A DNA stretch of 64,000 bases from Anaerolineae bacterium (lineage in GTDB: Bacteria > Chloroflexota > Anaerolineae > UBA1429): contig OY776562.1 in the NCBI GenBank assembly GCA_963675785.1, positions 2,880,001 through 2,944,000 on the forward strand, read 5' to 3'. The notes under the pieces are model-generated. The model worked only from the letters and a program-made list of their open reading frames with translations, searched no databases and was not told where the DNA came from. Made by a program: the position numbers and the translations under genes. The first letter of the stretch is position 1. Each line of letters starts with the position of its first letter. This document shows, piece by piece, positions 9,292-19,861 of the stretch.

Positions 9292-12200
9292 CTAGGCCAT
9301 CTTGATTCTAAAGGTGCGAATTTGGAACGGTTTGATCGCGATTTCGAACGAGGATTCCTCGAACGGAATCGCGGTTTCGTTTTCTTCCATCAAATTGCAC
9401 TCATATACGCTGGCCAAAGGCATAACAAAGGACAGGCGCGCATTGCCTCGGCGGTTGTGGGCTTCGTACAACCGCACGATGAGCCCCTCACCATCCTCGG
9501 CGGCTTTGATAGTATCGACAATGACGTGCTCGGCGTCACACTGGGCAAAACTGAGAGCAGTAGGCAAGTTAGCTTGTTCGCAGTGCCCTAGAGGACACAC
9601 AGGAATCAGTGGGTCGTTGAGCATGGCTGCCTGGTTGATGGTATCGCTGGTCCAATCGCCGGTGTGAGGCAGCAGCGAATAGACAAAGCGGTGCAAACCC
9701 TGGTCGGCTTCGGGGTCGGGATGGGTACCGGACTTGATCAGGGTGATGCGCATCACATTGCCCTTGATGTCATAGCCGTACTTGCAGTCGTTCAACAGGC
9801 TAACGCCATAGCCCGTCTCAGAGAGATCGGCCCAGCGCTGAGCACCCACCTCAAAGCGAGCGTAATCCCAGCTGGTATTCCAGTGGGTTGCACGCTCTAG
9901 GGCGCCGAATTGGATCTCATACGTAGCTCGGGCGCTGTGTACATCCACCGGGAAAGCGGCTTTGAGCAGCACGTGGTGCTCGTGCCAGTCTACCTCGGTG
10001 TCAAAATCGATGCGCGGCGTATGGCTGTACACGTACAGGCGCTGTATGAACCGCGAGTTGCGGTAGGTCTTTTCGATCTGCAAACCGGCGCGCAGCGGGC
10101 CTTCTTCGATGACGGTAACGCGTACGTTCTCATCCACTACCCACATCTTGTCTTGATAAAAGATGTCGATATCCCAGGCATCGTGGGCTACGGGCTTGTC
10201 CTCAAAAGTCTGCCACACATTGGCCTCTGCTCCCTCGGCCAATACCTGGCGCTGGTTCTGCTTGTCATAGACTGAGGTGAGATGCCCGCGCTCGTTCAGT
10301 TCGATGGAAAGGAAAGGCGTCTCGATGTGCTGCGGCGTGACGTGCAGTTCAGAGGGCGAAGTCTCGCAATAGGTATCAGACCAGCCCAAGGCGCGGTATC
10401 CCCAAGCCGGAACATTGCTAATCTCGGCCAGCACGTCGCCCGATTCGAGCATTTGAACGGGGATGTTTCGTCCGCTTTCTAGATCGATGAGACAGGGCTT
10501 TTTACCAGCCAGTTCATCGGGCATCTGGACGGCTGGGATTGTCACCAGGTCGTCGCGCTCCTGGCTTAGGCTGTTAAAGATGACCACGGGAGCCGTCTCG
10601 TCACAATCAATACTCTCCGCGATGGCTTGCAATGCCTCATCCCGCGCCGAACGGCCAAGCTCGGCCACGTGTTCATACTGCTCGGCGGATTCTTCATAGA
10701 CGGCACGGATCGACGATCCCGGAATGATGTCGTGGAACTGGTTCAACAGGATGAGTTCCCAGCCTTCTGACAAGGCGTTTTGCGGATAGACCTTGCCCAG
10801 CAGGGTGGCCGCGGCACAGGCCGCTTCGGCCTGGTGGTAGAGTATTTCGCTTTTGCGGTTATAGCGTTTGTTCTGGGCTTGGCTGGTTAGTGTGCCGCGA
10901 TGCAACTCCAGGTAGAGTTCGCCTTCCCATTCGGGCAGACGCTTGCCCTCGACGTTCTTTTCCAGGGTGTGGAAAAAATCATTGGCCGGGCCCAACACCA
11001 CTTGCGGCGCTCCGGGATAACTCTGCAGGCGCTGCCCGAACTCGATCATGTCGTAAGTAGGCCCGCCACCGCCGTCGCCGTGGCCATAGGTCAAGAGGAT
11101 GTCGTCGGTAACATCCTTACTGCGGTTGGCTGCCCAGGTGCCCAGCACGGTGTCAGGCTCCAGAGCACCGTTGTAAGTGTAGAACCAGGAATTGGATGGT
11201 GTGGTCACAAAGTGGGTCAGTACCGAGGTTCCGTCGATACCCTTCCAGTCAAAGGTGTCGTAGGGGAAGCGGTTATATTGGTTCCAGCTGATCTTGGTGG
11301 TCATGAAATAGCGAATACCCGCGCGGCGAATGATCTGTGGCAGGGAGCCGCTGTAACCAAAGACATCGGGCAGCCAGAGCACATCGCCTTCGGTGCCTAC
11401 TTTATCTTGGAAGAACTTGCGGCCGTAGAGGAACTGGCGAACCAGCGACTCGCCGCCGGTGATATTGGTATCCATCTCGACCCAGGTGGCGCCGTTGACC
11501 TCCCAGCGACCCTCTTGAATGCGTTCTTGCACTTGGGCATAGATTTCGGGATAGTCCTCTTGCACGAATTTGTAGAGCTGTGCCTGGCTCGACATAAAAT
11601 GATAGTCGGGATAACGCTCCATCAACCGCAGGGCGGTAGAGAATGTTCTTGCTGCCTTTTGCCGGGTCTGCCCCAAAGGCCAGAGCCAGGCCACATCGAG
11701 GTGGGCATGGCCGATAGCGTGAACGCGTTCGTGGCGCGGCGGCAGGGGCGTGCGTTCGATGGCGGTCTGCAGGGTAGCACGTGCCTTGCGAATGGAGGCA
11801 TAGTAAGCTTCATCAAGAGGTTCGCGCAGGTCAAGGTCCAAAAAGGCCTCTTCCAGAGCGTTGATCAGATGAGTGCGTGCGTAATCGGCCTCAGGCAAGC
11901 TGCGGGCAACCTCGAGGGCTGTTTTGGCGTCGTAGCAAAAACCATTGACATCTGCATCGAGCCAAACCAACTCGGCACGCAGGAACTGTTCTTCCTTGTA
12001 GCTGCGACCCCGCCAAGCCTCGATGGCTATATCACAAGTTGTGCCAGGCGTGGCTTTTTGGTCGAGGTAAACGGTATAGTGATAGTGGTCCAGGGCCTGA
12101 TGAGGCACACCGTCGATATAAACCAAGGCCTCGGGGGTAACACTCTTGTAAGGATCGCCCAACAGGATAATCAATGCAGCATCGCGACCCTGCCAGCCTT

Positions 12201-12429
12201 CGGGAATGGTGACCTGACGAGAGAACCAGGCCCAGGGGTAATCATCGTTTTGACCCCAGCGCTGACCAATGCTAAAAGGCTGCCAACGTGGATCATCCAC
12301 CTCGGGTACGCTGTTGGTGTTCTCCGCTTCTGGCAGAATGCGCCAGTTCTCTAACTTGTATGTGTCGCGGGCAATGTGCAGTTCGATCTCTTTGATCTGT
12401 TGTGTAAACCGCTCGAAAGCGAACCTCAT
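9292..12429 (-). CDS. Alpha-mannosidase, glycoside hydrolase family 38
   Basis: 1045 aa with GHAHLDVAWLWP, WLPDVFGY, YGHGDGGGGP, GELYLELHRG and NQFHDIIPGS. Confidence 0.93.
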   Translation of the reverse strand: MRFAFERFTQQIKEIELHIARDTYKLENWRILPEAENTNSVPEVDDPRWQPFSIGQRWGQNDDYPWAWFSRQVTIPEGWQGRDAALIILLGDPYKSVTPEALVYIDGVPHQALDHYHYTVYLDQKATPGTTCDIAIEAWRGRSYKEEQFLRAELVWLDADVNGFCYDAKTALEVARSLPEADYARTHLINALEEAFLDLDLREPLDEAYYASIRKARATLQTAIERTPLPPRHERVHAIGHAHLDVAWLWPLGQTRQKAARTFSTALRLMERYPDYHFMSSQAQLYKFVQEDYPEIYAQVQERIQEGRWEVNGATWVEMDTNITGGESLVRQFLYGRKFFQDKVGTEGDVLWLPDVFGYSGSLPQIIRRAGIRYFMTTKISWNQYNRFPYDTFDWKGIDGTSVLTHFVTTPSNSWFYTYNGALEPDTVLGTWAANRSKDVTDDILLTYGHGDGGGGPTYDMIEFGQRLQSYPGAPQVVLGPANDFFHTLEKNVEGKRLPEWEGELYLELHRGTLTSQAQNKRYNRKSEILYHQAEAACAAATLLGKVYPQNALSEGWELILLNQFHDIIPGSSIRAVYEESAEQYEHVAELGRSARDEALQAIAESIDCDETAPVVIFNSLSQERDDLVTIPAVQMPDELAGKKPCLIDLESGRNIPVQMLESGDVLAEISNVPAWGYRALGWSDTYCETSPSELHVTPQHIETPFLSIELNERGHLTSVYDKQNQRQVLAEGAEANVWQTFEDKPVAHDAWDIDIFYQDKMWVVDENVRVTVIEEGPLRAGLQIEKTYRNSRFIQRLYVYSHTPRIDFDTEVDWHEHHVLLKAAFPVDVHSARATYEIQFGALERATHWNTSWDYARFEVGAQRWADLSETGYGVSLLNDCKYGYDIKGNVMRITLIKSGTHPDPEADQGLHRFVYSLLPHTGDWTSDTINQAAMLNDPLIPVCPLGHCEQANLPTALSFAQCDAEHVIVDTIKAAEDGEGLIVRLYEAHNRRGNARLSFVMPLASVYECNLMEENETAIPFEESSFEIAIKPFQIRTFRIKMA

Positions 12430-12466
12430 GCTTGGCCTCCATCAACATATGTTGGTACGGTCGGGT

Positions 12467-13189
12467 CTAGCTCCAGTTTTTGACGTGAAAGAGCAGATTG
12501 GAACGCAGTTCTTGCGCGCATTGCTCGCAGAACAAGTAGGGCAAATTATTCTCTTCGATGGCGTATTCGATCAGTTCCTCCACAGAGCTAGCATGACGCA
12601 TCGCACAGCGGTTCACACAATGTGTTTCCAGGCCATGCTTTACGCTACGGTAATCGCGTTTATAAGAGACGGCTCCCATAATGTGACCGAGATTATGACG
12701 GACTAGTCTCTGCAAAGCAAGCTGCCGAAGACGAGCGTCGGGGATGGCCCGTACTCGACGAACTGACATGACAGCGATGCTTCCAGGAAGACTGGAACCC
12801 AACGCGTAATGTGGCGTCTCCTTCGTAATTGGACCTGCTGTGGGATAATCCGTCAGATCGTGGTCGATGAGAGCCAAGTCCCAATGGGGCGTTTCGATCT
12901 GCCAGGGCTCTTGGCGCATCAATTCCAGAAACAGGGGAGCGATGACTTGCTGTAGGTCTTCGTTAAAGCTGGAATCGATATACCATTGGGTTCCCCAATA
13001 AGGACTGCCGGGTTCAAGCCCAGAGATCGCCCAATCGCCAAATACTCGAATTTGCGTGGGCGGTGTATTCAGGGCTGTGGGCAACTGAAAGTAAAGCCAC
13101 TTGATGATGCGGCTGACTTCTTGAATCAGGATGGCACTTTCATCTTCGTTAATGCCTTCAGACCAGGTGATGGAGATAAAACGATCCAC
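12467..13189 (-). CDS. Archaemetzincin (M54)-like zinc-binding protein lacking the catalytic Glu
   Basis: HNLGHIMG...HCVNRCAM...FCEQC resembles HExxHxxG..C..CxM..CxxC. Confidence 0.65.
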   Translation of the reverse strand: MDRFISITWSEGINEDESAILIQEVSRIIKWLYFQLPTALNTPPTQIRVFGDWAISGLEPGSPYWGTQWYIDSSFNEDLQQVIAPLFLELMRQEPWQIETPHWDLALIDHDLTDYPTAGPITKETPHYALGSSLPGSIAVMSVRRVRAIPDARLRQLALQRLVRHNLGHIMGAVSYKRDYRSVKHGLETHCVNRCAMRHASSVEELIEYAIEENNLPYLFCEQCAQELRSNLLFHVKNWS

Positions 13190-13316
13190 ACTCTATCCTC
13201 CATATCCACATACTCGAATTATGCCATTCAGGCCTTTTGTTTACAAGACATGGCCTCTGCTTGGCGTTCTTGCTAGAGAGGGACATAATTATTCCTAGCG
13301 TATAAAAGGAGAAAAC

Positions 13317-14084
13317 GTGTCTGAAGCTACCTACCCGATTCTAGAGTTCGATCCCTCGTTGGATGCGGTTATCAAACCTTCTCACGTAGTTGAGCGGATC
13401 GAAATGCCCGAACACCTCGTGCTTTGCTATTTCAACGAGGTGGTCAGTCTTCTTGTTGAGCAACATGCGGCCAGAGAAATCGCTTCGATCAACAGCGAAA
13501 TGGGCAAACAACCCGTCTATGTGATAGAGACGGACGGACGCCAACTTGCCGTGATGCAGGCGGGCATTGGCGGCCCGCTTGCGGCGGGGTTGCTTGAAGA
13601 GGCCATCGCTTTAGGCGCCAGTAAATTCGTGGTTTGCGGTGGGGCTGGCGTGTTACACAGTAATATTGCTGTGGGCCATGTCATCATTCCCACGGCAGCG
13701 TTGCGAGATGAAGGCACATCCTATCATTATGCGCCGCCCAGCCGCACTATCCAGGCCAATCAAAATGCCGTGGCAGCCATCGAACGTGTGCTGGTTGAGG
13801 CCGGCGTACCCTATGAAAAGGGCATGACCTGGACCACCGACGCTTTTTATCGCGAGACGCGCGAGCGCGTGGCCCGTCGTCGGGACGAAGGCTGCATCTG
13901 TGTCGAGATGGAAGCAGCGGCTTATTTTGCCGTAGCCCAGTTCAGAGAGGTCATCTTGGGGCAGTTGCTCTATGGCGGTGACGATGTAACGGGTGAGGAT
14001 TGGAATTCCCGTGCGTGGAACAAGAGAGATAGCGTGCGTGAGCGCCTTTTCTGGCTGGCTGCGCAGGCTTGTTTGTCGCTCTAG
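13317..14084 (+). CDS. Nucleoside phosphorylase (PNP/UDP family)
   Basis: GIGGP, CGGAG, RDEGTSYHY, WTTDAFYRET and VEMEAA. AAAGGAG SD before GTG. Confidence 0.9.
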   Translation: MSEATYPILEFDPSLDAVIKPSHVVERIEMPEHLVLCYFNEVVSLLVEQHAAREIASINSEMGKQPVYVIETDGRQLAVMQAGIGGPLAAGLLEEAIALGASKFVVCGGAGVLHSNIAVGHVIIPTAALRDEGTSYHYAPPSRTIQANQNAVAAIERVLVEAGVPYEKGMTWTTDAFYRETRERVARRRDEGCICVEMEAAAYFAVAQFREVILGQLLYGGDDVTGEDWNSRAWNKRDSVRERLFWLAAQACLSL

Positions 14085-14170
14085 TCATTGTGGTTGACGA
14101 TCTGGCAGCACTTGGGTAACCTGAGCTCAGTTAGCGCTCAGCGTTCGGGATGTACCTGGAGGATGTTACG

Positions 14171-15202
14171 ATGAAAAAAGTGGTGACTTTTGGCGAAATC
14201 ATGCTGCGTCTTTCGCCTCCTGGCTACAAACGGTTCAGTCAGGCCGAATCTTTTGACGTGGTTTATGGTGGTGGCGAGGCCAATGTGGCTGCATCGTTGG
14301 CCAATTATGGGATTCCTACTGATTTTGTGACTCGCCTGCCCAAGAATGATATCGGCGAGGCCTGTATGCATTTCCTCCGGGCCCAGGGCGTTGGTGTGGA
14401 CAAGATTATCTATGGTGGCGAGCGCCTGGGCATCTATTTTCTCGAAATGGGCGCCGTCAGCCGTGGCAGCAAGGTAGTCTACGACCGCGCTCATTCCAGC
14501 CTTTCTGCCATCGAGCCGGGCATGGTCGATTGGAAGAGCGTTTTCGCCGATGCCGAATGGTTCCATTGGACCGGGATCACCCCTGCTATCTCACAAGGGG
14601 CGGCGGATGCCTGCTTGGAAGCGGTACAAGTGGCTAAAGAAATGGGCCTCATTGTCTCGTGTGACCTCAACTATCGCAACAAGCTGTGGAAGTACGGTAA
14701 ATCCGCTTCAGAAGTAATGCCGGAGCTGGTTAGTTATTGCGATGTGGCTATTGGCAACGAAGAGGACGCCGACAAGGTATTCGGTATCAAAGCGCCCGAG
14801 ACCGATGTCACCAGTGGCAAGGTGGATGCGACGGGCTATCGTTTTGTCTGTGAAGAGTTGGTCAAGCGTTTTCCCAACCTCAAGACAGTGGCCATCACCC
14901 TGCGCGGCTCCATCTCGGCCAGCCACAACACATGGTCGGGTATTATGTGGGATAATGGCGAGATATATAAAGCGCCAACGTTCGATATTACCCACATTGT
15001 CGATCGTGTCGGTGGCGGTGACTCGTTCATGGGTGGCTTGATCTATGGCCTGCTTACCTACTCAGATCGTCAGAGCGCGCTCAACTTTGCTGTTGCTGCG
15101 TCGTGTCTCAAGCATACTATCTTTGGTGATTTCAACCTCGTCACAGTAGATGAGGTCGAAAAGCTCATGGGCGGCGACGCTTCGGGCCGCGTTTCCCGTT
15201 AA
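14171..15202 (+). CDS. kdgK: 2-keto-3-deoxygluconate kinase (PfkB family)
   Basis: FGEIMLRL, GGGEANVA, DLNYRNKLW, NEED and DRVGGGDSF. GGAGG SD. Adjacent to eda. Confidence 0.88.
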   Translation: MKKVVTFGEIMLRLSPPGYKRFSQAESFDVVYGGGEANVAASLANYGIPTDFVTRLPKNDIGEACMHFLRAQGVGVDKIIYGGERLGIYFLEMGAVSRGSKVVYDRAHSSLSAIEPGMVDWKSVFADAEWFHWTGITPAISQGAADACLEAVQVAKEMGLIVSCDLNYRNKLWKYGKSASEVMPELVSYCDVAIGNEEDADKVFGIKAPETDVTSGKVDATGYRFVCEELVKRFPNLKTVAITLRGSISASHNTWSGIMWDNGEIYKAPTFDITHIVDRVGGGDSFMGGLIYGLLTYSDRQSALNFAVAASCLKHTIFGDFNLVTVDEVEKLMGGDASGRVSR

Positions 15203-15222
15203 TTAGGAAGAGAGTAAGAAAA

Positions 15223-15894
15223 ATGGCCAAGCATTCAAGGTTGGAAGTTTGGAACACCATGGAAGAGGTGGGCCTGGTTCCCCTCTTTTACAATGCCGAT
15301 GTCGAGACCTCCATCAACGTTATCAAAGCCGTTTCCGCGGCTGGCTGCAAAGTAGTCGAGTTTACTAATCGCGGTGATCGTGCTTTTGAGGTTTTTCGCG
15401 AGGTGCTCGTTTACTTTGAAAAAGAAGATCCTTCGCTCATTCTTGGTATAGGCTCAGTTCAGGATGTAGCTACGGCGGGTCTGTTCATCAACCTGGGCGC
15501 CAACTTTGTGGTGGGCTCGGTGACCAATCCCGAAGTGGCTCGCTTGTGCAACCGTCGCAAGATAGCCTATTTCCCCGGGTGTGGGACGGCTACCGAAGTG
15601 GCCGCGGCTGAAGAGTTGGGCTGTGAAGTCGTCAAAATCTTCCCCGGCAGTGAGCTGGGCGGTCCTTCGTTCGTCAAAGCCATTACGGGTCCTTGCCCTT
15701 GGACAAAAGTAATGCCCACAGGTGGCGTGGATGCTACTTGGGAGAATCTCAAGGGCTGGTTCGATGCGGGCGTGGTCTGCGTGGGCATGGGTTCCAAGCT
15801 GGTGCGCAATGACCTTATCTCCAAGAAGGATTGGGCGAGCATCCAGACTTTGGCTGAGCAGTGTCTAGCTTGGGTTAAGCAGGCGCGGGGCTGA
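15223..15894 (+). CDS. eda: KDPG/KHG aldolase
   Basis: EFTNR, PGCGT..E, VKIFPG (Schiff-base Lys) and MPTGGV. Confidence 0.92.
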   Translation: MAKHSRLEVWNTMEEVGLVPLFYNADVETSINVIKAVSAAGCKVVEFTNRGDRAFEVFREVLVYFEKEDPSLILGIGSVQDVATAGLFINLGANFVVGSVTNPEVARLCNRRKIAYFPGCGTATEVAAAEELGCEVVKIFPGSELGGPSFVKAITGPCPWTKVMPTGGVDATWENLKGWFDAGVVCVGMGSKLVRNDLISKKDWASIQTLAEQCLAWVKQARG

Positions 15895-15905
15895 TTTTTG
15901 ACGAG

Positions 15906-15940
15906 AAACGGGGTTCGCTAGAAACAGCGAACCCCGTTTT
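15906..15940. terminator. Intrinsic terminator between convergent eda and HAD genes, probably bidirectional
   Basis: 14-bp perfect stem AAACGGGGTTCGCT / AGCGAACCCCGTTT with a 6-nt loop. Confidence 0.8.
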
Positions 15941-15941
15941 G

Positions 15942-16583
15942 TTATGCGTAGAGTTGATCCAACAGATCTACCGTGAGTTGAGTGAGATCGTCGAGGATCA
16001 AGTCGGCCTCTGCCAATTTCTCAGCAGGATGCGTGGTGGTGATGGCCAAACAGTGCATCCCTGCACGTTTGGCGGCTTGGACGCCTACAACGCCATCTTC
16101 GACCACCAGGCATTCGCAGGGTTTTGCCCCCAGCGAAGCGGCCGCGTTGATAAAAATGGTGGGATCGGGTTTGCTTTTGGCTAAAAAAGCGCCGGAGAGA
16201 ATGCTTTCGAAATAGTTGCCCAGATCCAAGGCATTGGTCACGGCTACGATGTTGGCCATTTCTCCCGAAGAAGCCACGGCTTGGCGATAGCCATGCTCGC
16301 GCCCATAAGCCAGCCAATGCGGCACGCCGGGCACGGGTTTGATCTGAGCAACGGCATCGCGGAAATAGACTTCTTTGCGTGCTGCTAGCAGTCGCTTTTC
16401 CTCTGTGGTAGCCGAGGGCAACCACAAATCCAGAATCTGCGCATTGGCCATCCCAAAGGTGTCATCAAAATCCTGGCGGGTCAGGTCTCGTTCTAGTTCC
16501 CCCAAAAGCCGCTGCCAGGCCACATAATGGGCAGCTCCTGTATCGGCAATGACACCGTCCATATCCCACAGAATGGCTCGCAT
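15942..16583 (-). CDS. HAD-family phosphatase (beta-PGM-like subfamily IA)
   Basis: WDMDGV (DxD), VASS, KPDP and VEDGVVGVQAA. Likely start is ATG 16583. Confidence 0.88.
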   Translation of the reverse strand: MRAILWDMDGVIADTGAAHYVAWQRLLGELERDLTRQDFDDTFGMANAQILDLWLPSATTEEKRLLAARKEVYFRDAVAQIKPVPGVPHWLAYGREHGYRQAVASSGEMANIVAVTNALDLGNYFESILSGAFLAKSKPDPTIFINAAASLGAKPCECLVVEDGVVGVQAAKRAGMHCLAITTTHPAEKLAEADLILDDLTQLTVDLLDQLYA

Positions 16584-16600
16584 ACAATCCCCGCTATTCA

Positions 16601-17266
16601 CTAACGCTCGGACGCTACTTCAAAAAAGGCCGCTTCTAACATCAGGCAAAGTTGATGGTAGATAATGATATGCAGTTCTTGCACTCGATAGGTCTCGGTT
16701 TCGGGCACGCACAGGGAAATATCCACCAACTCGGCCAGGGGATTGGGCCCCTTACCCGTTAGGCCGACGGTGAGCAGATCCAGGGCATTAGCTGTTTCTG
16801 CGGCCAGGCGCACGTTCATGGCTTTGCCGCTGGTGCTGATCCCCAACAATGCATCGCCAGGGCGAGCCAGGGCGTAGAGCTCCTGGGCATAGCCGATACC
16901 GGGCAGCCCGATATCATTAGCAACGGCGGATGCCAGCGCTGGATTAAGCCCCAAAACATGGGCACGCAGTCCGCGCTGAAGATTTTCTGCTAACTGTTGG
17001 CCATGCTGTTGGGTGCTGAGTGAAGTGGCCATATGGGTATCCACAGGGCGGGGCAGCACGAAGGACTTGAGCATCTCACCCGAGATGTGCATGGCGTCGG
17101 CAAAACTGCCACCATTGCCGCATAAAAAGAGCGTTCCGCCTTGTTTTAGGCTTTGTTCAAGCTGTTCAAAAGCTAAAAGGACTTGAGGAGCTATTTCTTC
17201 CAGATGAGGATGCGTCGCCAGCACTTGATATGCGCTGGCGACGCCCCGATTTTCTTTATCTGTCAT
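16601..17266 (-). CDS. SIS-domain phosphosugar isomerase, GmhA-like
   Basis: LCGNGGSFADAMH, ISTSG and RVQELH..YH. Confidence 0.85.
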   Translation of the reverse strand: MTDKENRGVASAYQVLATHPHLEEIAPQVLLAFEQLEQSLKQGGTLFLCGNGGSFADAMHISGEMLKSFVLPRPVDTHMATSLSTQQHGQQLAENLQRGLRAHVLGLNPALASAVANDIGLPGIGYAQELYALARPGDALLGISTSGKAMNVRLAAETANALDLLTVGLTGKGPNPLAELVDISLCVPETETYRVQELHIIIYHQLCLMLEAAFFEVASER

Positions 17267-17274
17267 GTAAAATC

Positions 17275-19773
17275 CTATCCTACGATGGGAGCGGGCTCGA
17301 TCGAAGCTTGAAGCGGCAGTTCATCTGCCGGCTGATCGAGTGTCATGGTGAGTTTATCCGTCTCGGCATCAACGTCAATGTAGATTGTATCGCCCTCACT
17401 AAAAGTCTTTTCGAGTAGTTTTTGCGAGAGCGGATTTTCGATATTGCGCTGAATGGCGCGGCGCAAAGGCCGGGCACCAAAAGCGTCGTCGTATCCTTTA
17501 TCAGCTAACCAGCCTTTGGCAGCCAACGATACTACAAGGTGCATATCTTGCTCACGCATACGCTGCTCGACGAGTGCAATTTGCAGATCGACAATTTGAA
17601 TCACGTCGTCTCGTGTGAGTTTGTGGAAAATGATGATCTCGTCGACGCGGTTTAGAAACTCGGGTCGGAAGGTCTTTTTTAGATTTTCAGATACATCATC
17701 CGAGAATTGTTCTTCTTCGGTAGAGCTGGATTCGACCGTAAAACCCATCATCTTGCCTCGTCGAGAGGCGTACTGCGTGCCCACATTCGAGGTCATGATG
17801 ATGACCGTGTTGCGAAAGTCTACCGTGTGACCGTGTCCGTCCGTCAACCGACCCTCTTCGAGAATCTGCATCAGGGTGTTCCACACATCGCCGTGGGCCT
17901 TTTCGATTTCATCGAAAAGGATGACCTGATAAGGACGACGCCGTACGGCTTCGGTGAGTTGGCCTCCTTGATCATAGCCAACGTATCCTGGAGGCGCTCC
18001 CACCAAACGCGATACAGTGTGACGTTCGCTGTATTCGCTCATGTCAATCTGCAGGATGGCATCCTTGTCATCGAACAGGAACTCAGCCAACGATTTGGCC
18101 AGCTCGGTTTTGCCCACACCGCTCGACCCCAAAAAGATAAAGCTGCCGATAGGGCGGCGCGGATCCTTGAGCCCTGCCCTGGCGCGGCGAATAGCGTCTG
18201 ATACGGCATTGATTGCATGGTCCTGACCGATCACTCGGGCGCGCATAAAGTCTTCCATGTGCAACAGGCGCTCCGTCGTTCCTTCTTGTAGACGTGTGAC
18301 GGGTATGCCGGTCCACATGGCCACAATTCGGGCGATATCTTCGGTATCTACTACTTCATCGAGTCCTTGCTGCTTTTGCCAGGTCTCTTTACCCTCGTCG
18401 AATTCGGCCTGCAGCTTTAAGCGTTGTGCCTTGAGCTCGGCGGCTCGCTCATAATCCGTGTTTTGGCCAGCGTTCTCTTCTTCCTGCTCCAGACGCCTTA
18501 TCTCCTTGCGGATGTCTTTGAGTGGTTCCGGCAGGCTGTGTATGCTGATTCGTAATCGAGAGGAGGCCTCGTCGATCAGGTCGATGGCCTTGTCTGGCAG
18601 ATGACGGTCTTTGACATAGCGATCGGCAAGCCGTACTGCCGCCTGGACGGCCTCATCGGTGATACGCACTTGATGATGAACCTCATAGCGATCTTTGAGG
18701 CCGCGCAGCATCTCGATGGTATCTTCAATGCTCGGCTCTTCGACAAAGATCGGTGCAAAGCGGCGTTCTAGAGCAGCGTCTTGTTCAATATGTTCACGAT
18801 ACTCATCGAGTGTTGTGGCGCCAATGCACTGCAACTCACCGCGTGCCAACGCAGGCTTCATCATGTTAGAGGCGTCAATAGCGCCCTGAGCAGCGCCAGC
18901 CCCCACAACCGTATGCAGCTCATCGATAAAGAGGATGATCTCTCCCTGGGCCTTTTGGATTTCATCGAGCGATGCTTTGAGGCGCTCTTCGAATTCGCCG
19001 CGGAAACGTGAACCGGCGATCATAGCACCTAGATCCAACGATACAACTCTTTTGTCCAAAAGGGTCTCGGGCACATCCCCCTCGACGATCTTTTGGGCTA
19101 GACCTTCGACAATGGCCGTTTTACCCACGCCAGCCTCGCCAATGAGTACCGGGTTATTCTTGGTTCTGCGTGAAAGAACCTGTAAAACACGCATGATCTC
19201 GACATCACGACCGATGACAGGATCCATACGTCCTTCTTTGGCCAACTGGGTGAGATCTCGACTGTATTTTTCCAGTGTGCGGAATCGGGTCTCCGATTGT
19301 GCATGGGTGACTTTGGTTCCGCCGCGGAATTCAACCAGAGCATCGTGAAAGGCATCGTAATCGACACCCTCTTCGATCAACATACGTGATGCCGCACTTT
19401 CCTTGTCGCTTAGCACAGCAAGGAAAAAGTGCTCGGTCGAGATGAGTTGATCTTGCAGTTGAGTCGCTTCGACGTTTGCCCGATCCATCATCCGCTTGAC
19501 CCGAGGAGTGATGTACATCTGCGGCGGGTGTGCCCCACCGACCTGATTCGTTGATAGGCCTGCTCGCAGCAGCTCTTCAAAACGCTGCCTGAGCGCATCT
19601 ACATCAACTTCCAGCGTGCCCAGGATGCGGTAAACTGGGCCATCCGTTTGTTCAAGAATGGCCAGTACAATATGTTCGGTGTCGAGTTGGCTGTGCCGGA
19701 ATTGCTGCATGAGCTCGTAAGCTCGCGATACAGCTTCCTGAGCGCGCTCTGTGAACTTTTCAAATCCTATCAT
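17275..19773 (-). CDS. clpC: ATP-dependent Clp protease ATP-binding subunit ClpC-type
   Basis: Double Clp-N domain, two AAA+ modules ([16 protein letters not shown]), short UVR-type middle domain, and an MMGF ClpP-docking-like loop. Confidence 0.88.
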   Translation of the reverse strand: MIGFEKFTERAQEAVSRAYELMQQFRHSQLDTEHIVLAILEQTDGPVYRILGTLEVDVDALRQRFEELLRAGLSTNQVGGAHPPQMYITPRVKRMMDRANVEATQLQDQLISTEHFFLAVLSDKESAASRMLIEEGVDYDAFHDALVEFRGGTKVTHAQSETRFRTLEKYSRDLTQLAKEGRMDPVIGRDVEIMRVLQVLSRRTKNNPVLIGEAGVGKTAIVEGLAQKIVEGDVPETLLDKRVVSLDLGAMIAGSRFRGEFEERLKASLDEIQKAQGEIILFIDELHTVVGAGAAQGAIDASNMMKPALARGELQCIGATTLDEYREHIEQDAALERRFAPIFVEEPSIEDTIEMLRGLKDRYEVHHQVRITDEAVQAAVRLADRYVKDRHLPDKAIDLIDEASSRLRISIHSLPEPLKDIRKEIRRLEQEEENAGQNTDYERAAELKAQRLKLQAEFDEGKETWQKQQGLDEVVDTEDIARIVAMWTGIPVTRLQEGTTERLLHMEDFMRARVIGQDHAINAVSDAIRRARAGLKDPRRPIGSFIFLGSSGVGKTELAKSLAEFLFDDKDAILQIDMSEYSERHTVSRLVGAPPGYVGYDQGGQLTEAVRRRPYQVILFDEIEKAHGDVWNTLMQILEEGRLTDGHGHTVDFRNTVIIMTSNVGTQYASRRGKMMGFTVESSSTEEEQFSDDVSENLKKTFRPEFLNRVDEIIIFHKLTRDDVIQIVDLQIALVEQRMREQDMHLVVSLAAKGWLADKGYDDAFGARPLRRAIQRNIENPLSQKLLEKTFSEGDTIYIDVDAETDKLTMTLDQPADELPLQASIEPAPIVG

Positions 19774-19861
19774 GGTTTCTCCTATAACTCGGGTACCAAA
19801 GCCCGAGCAGTATTAGGCTATCAACATAGCTCTTGATGAGTCTACCTCAGGCCCAACCTTA

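Noticed and set aside
10900-12354. 484-aa + strand ORF
   Set aside because: It is an antisense shadow of the GH38 mannosidase.
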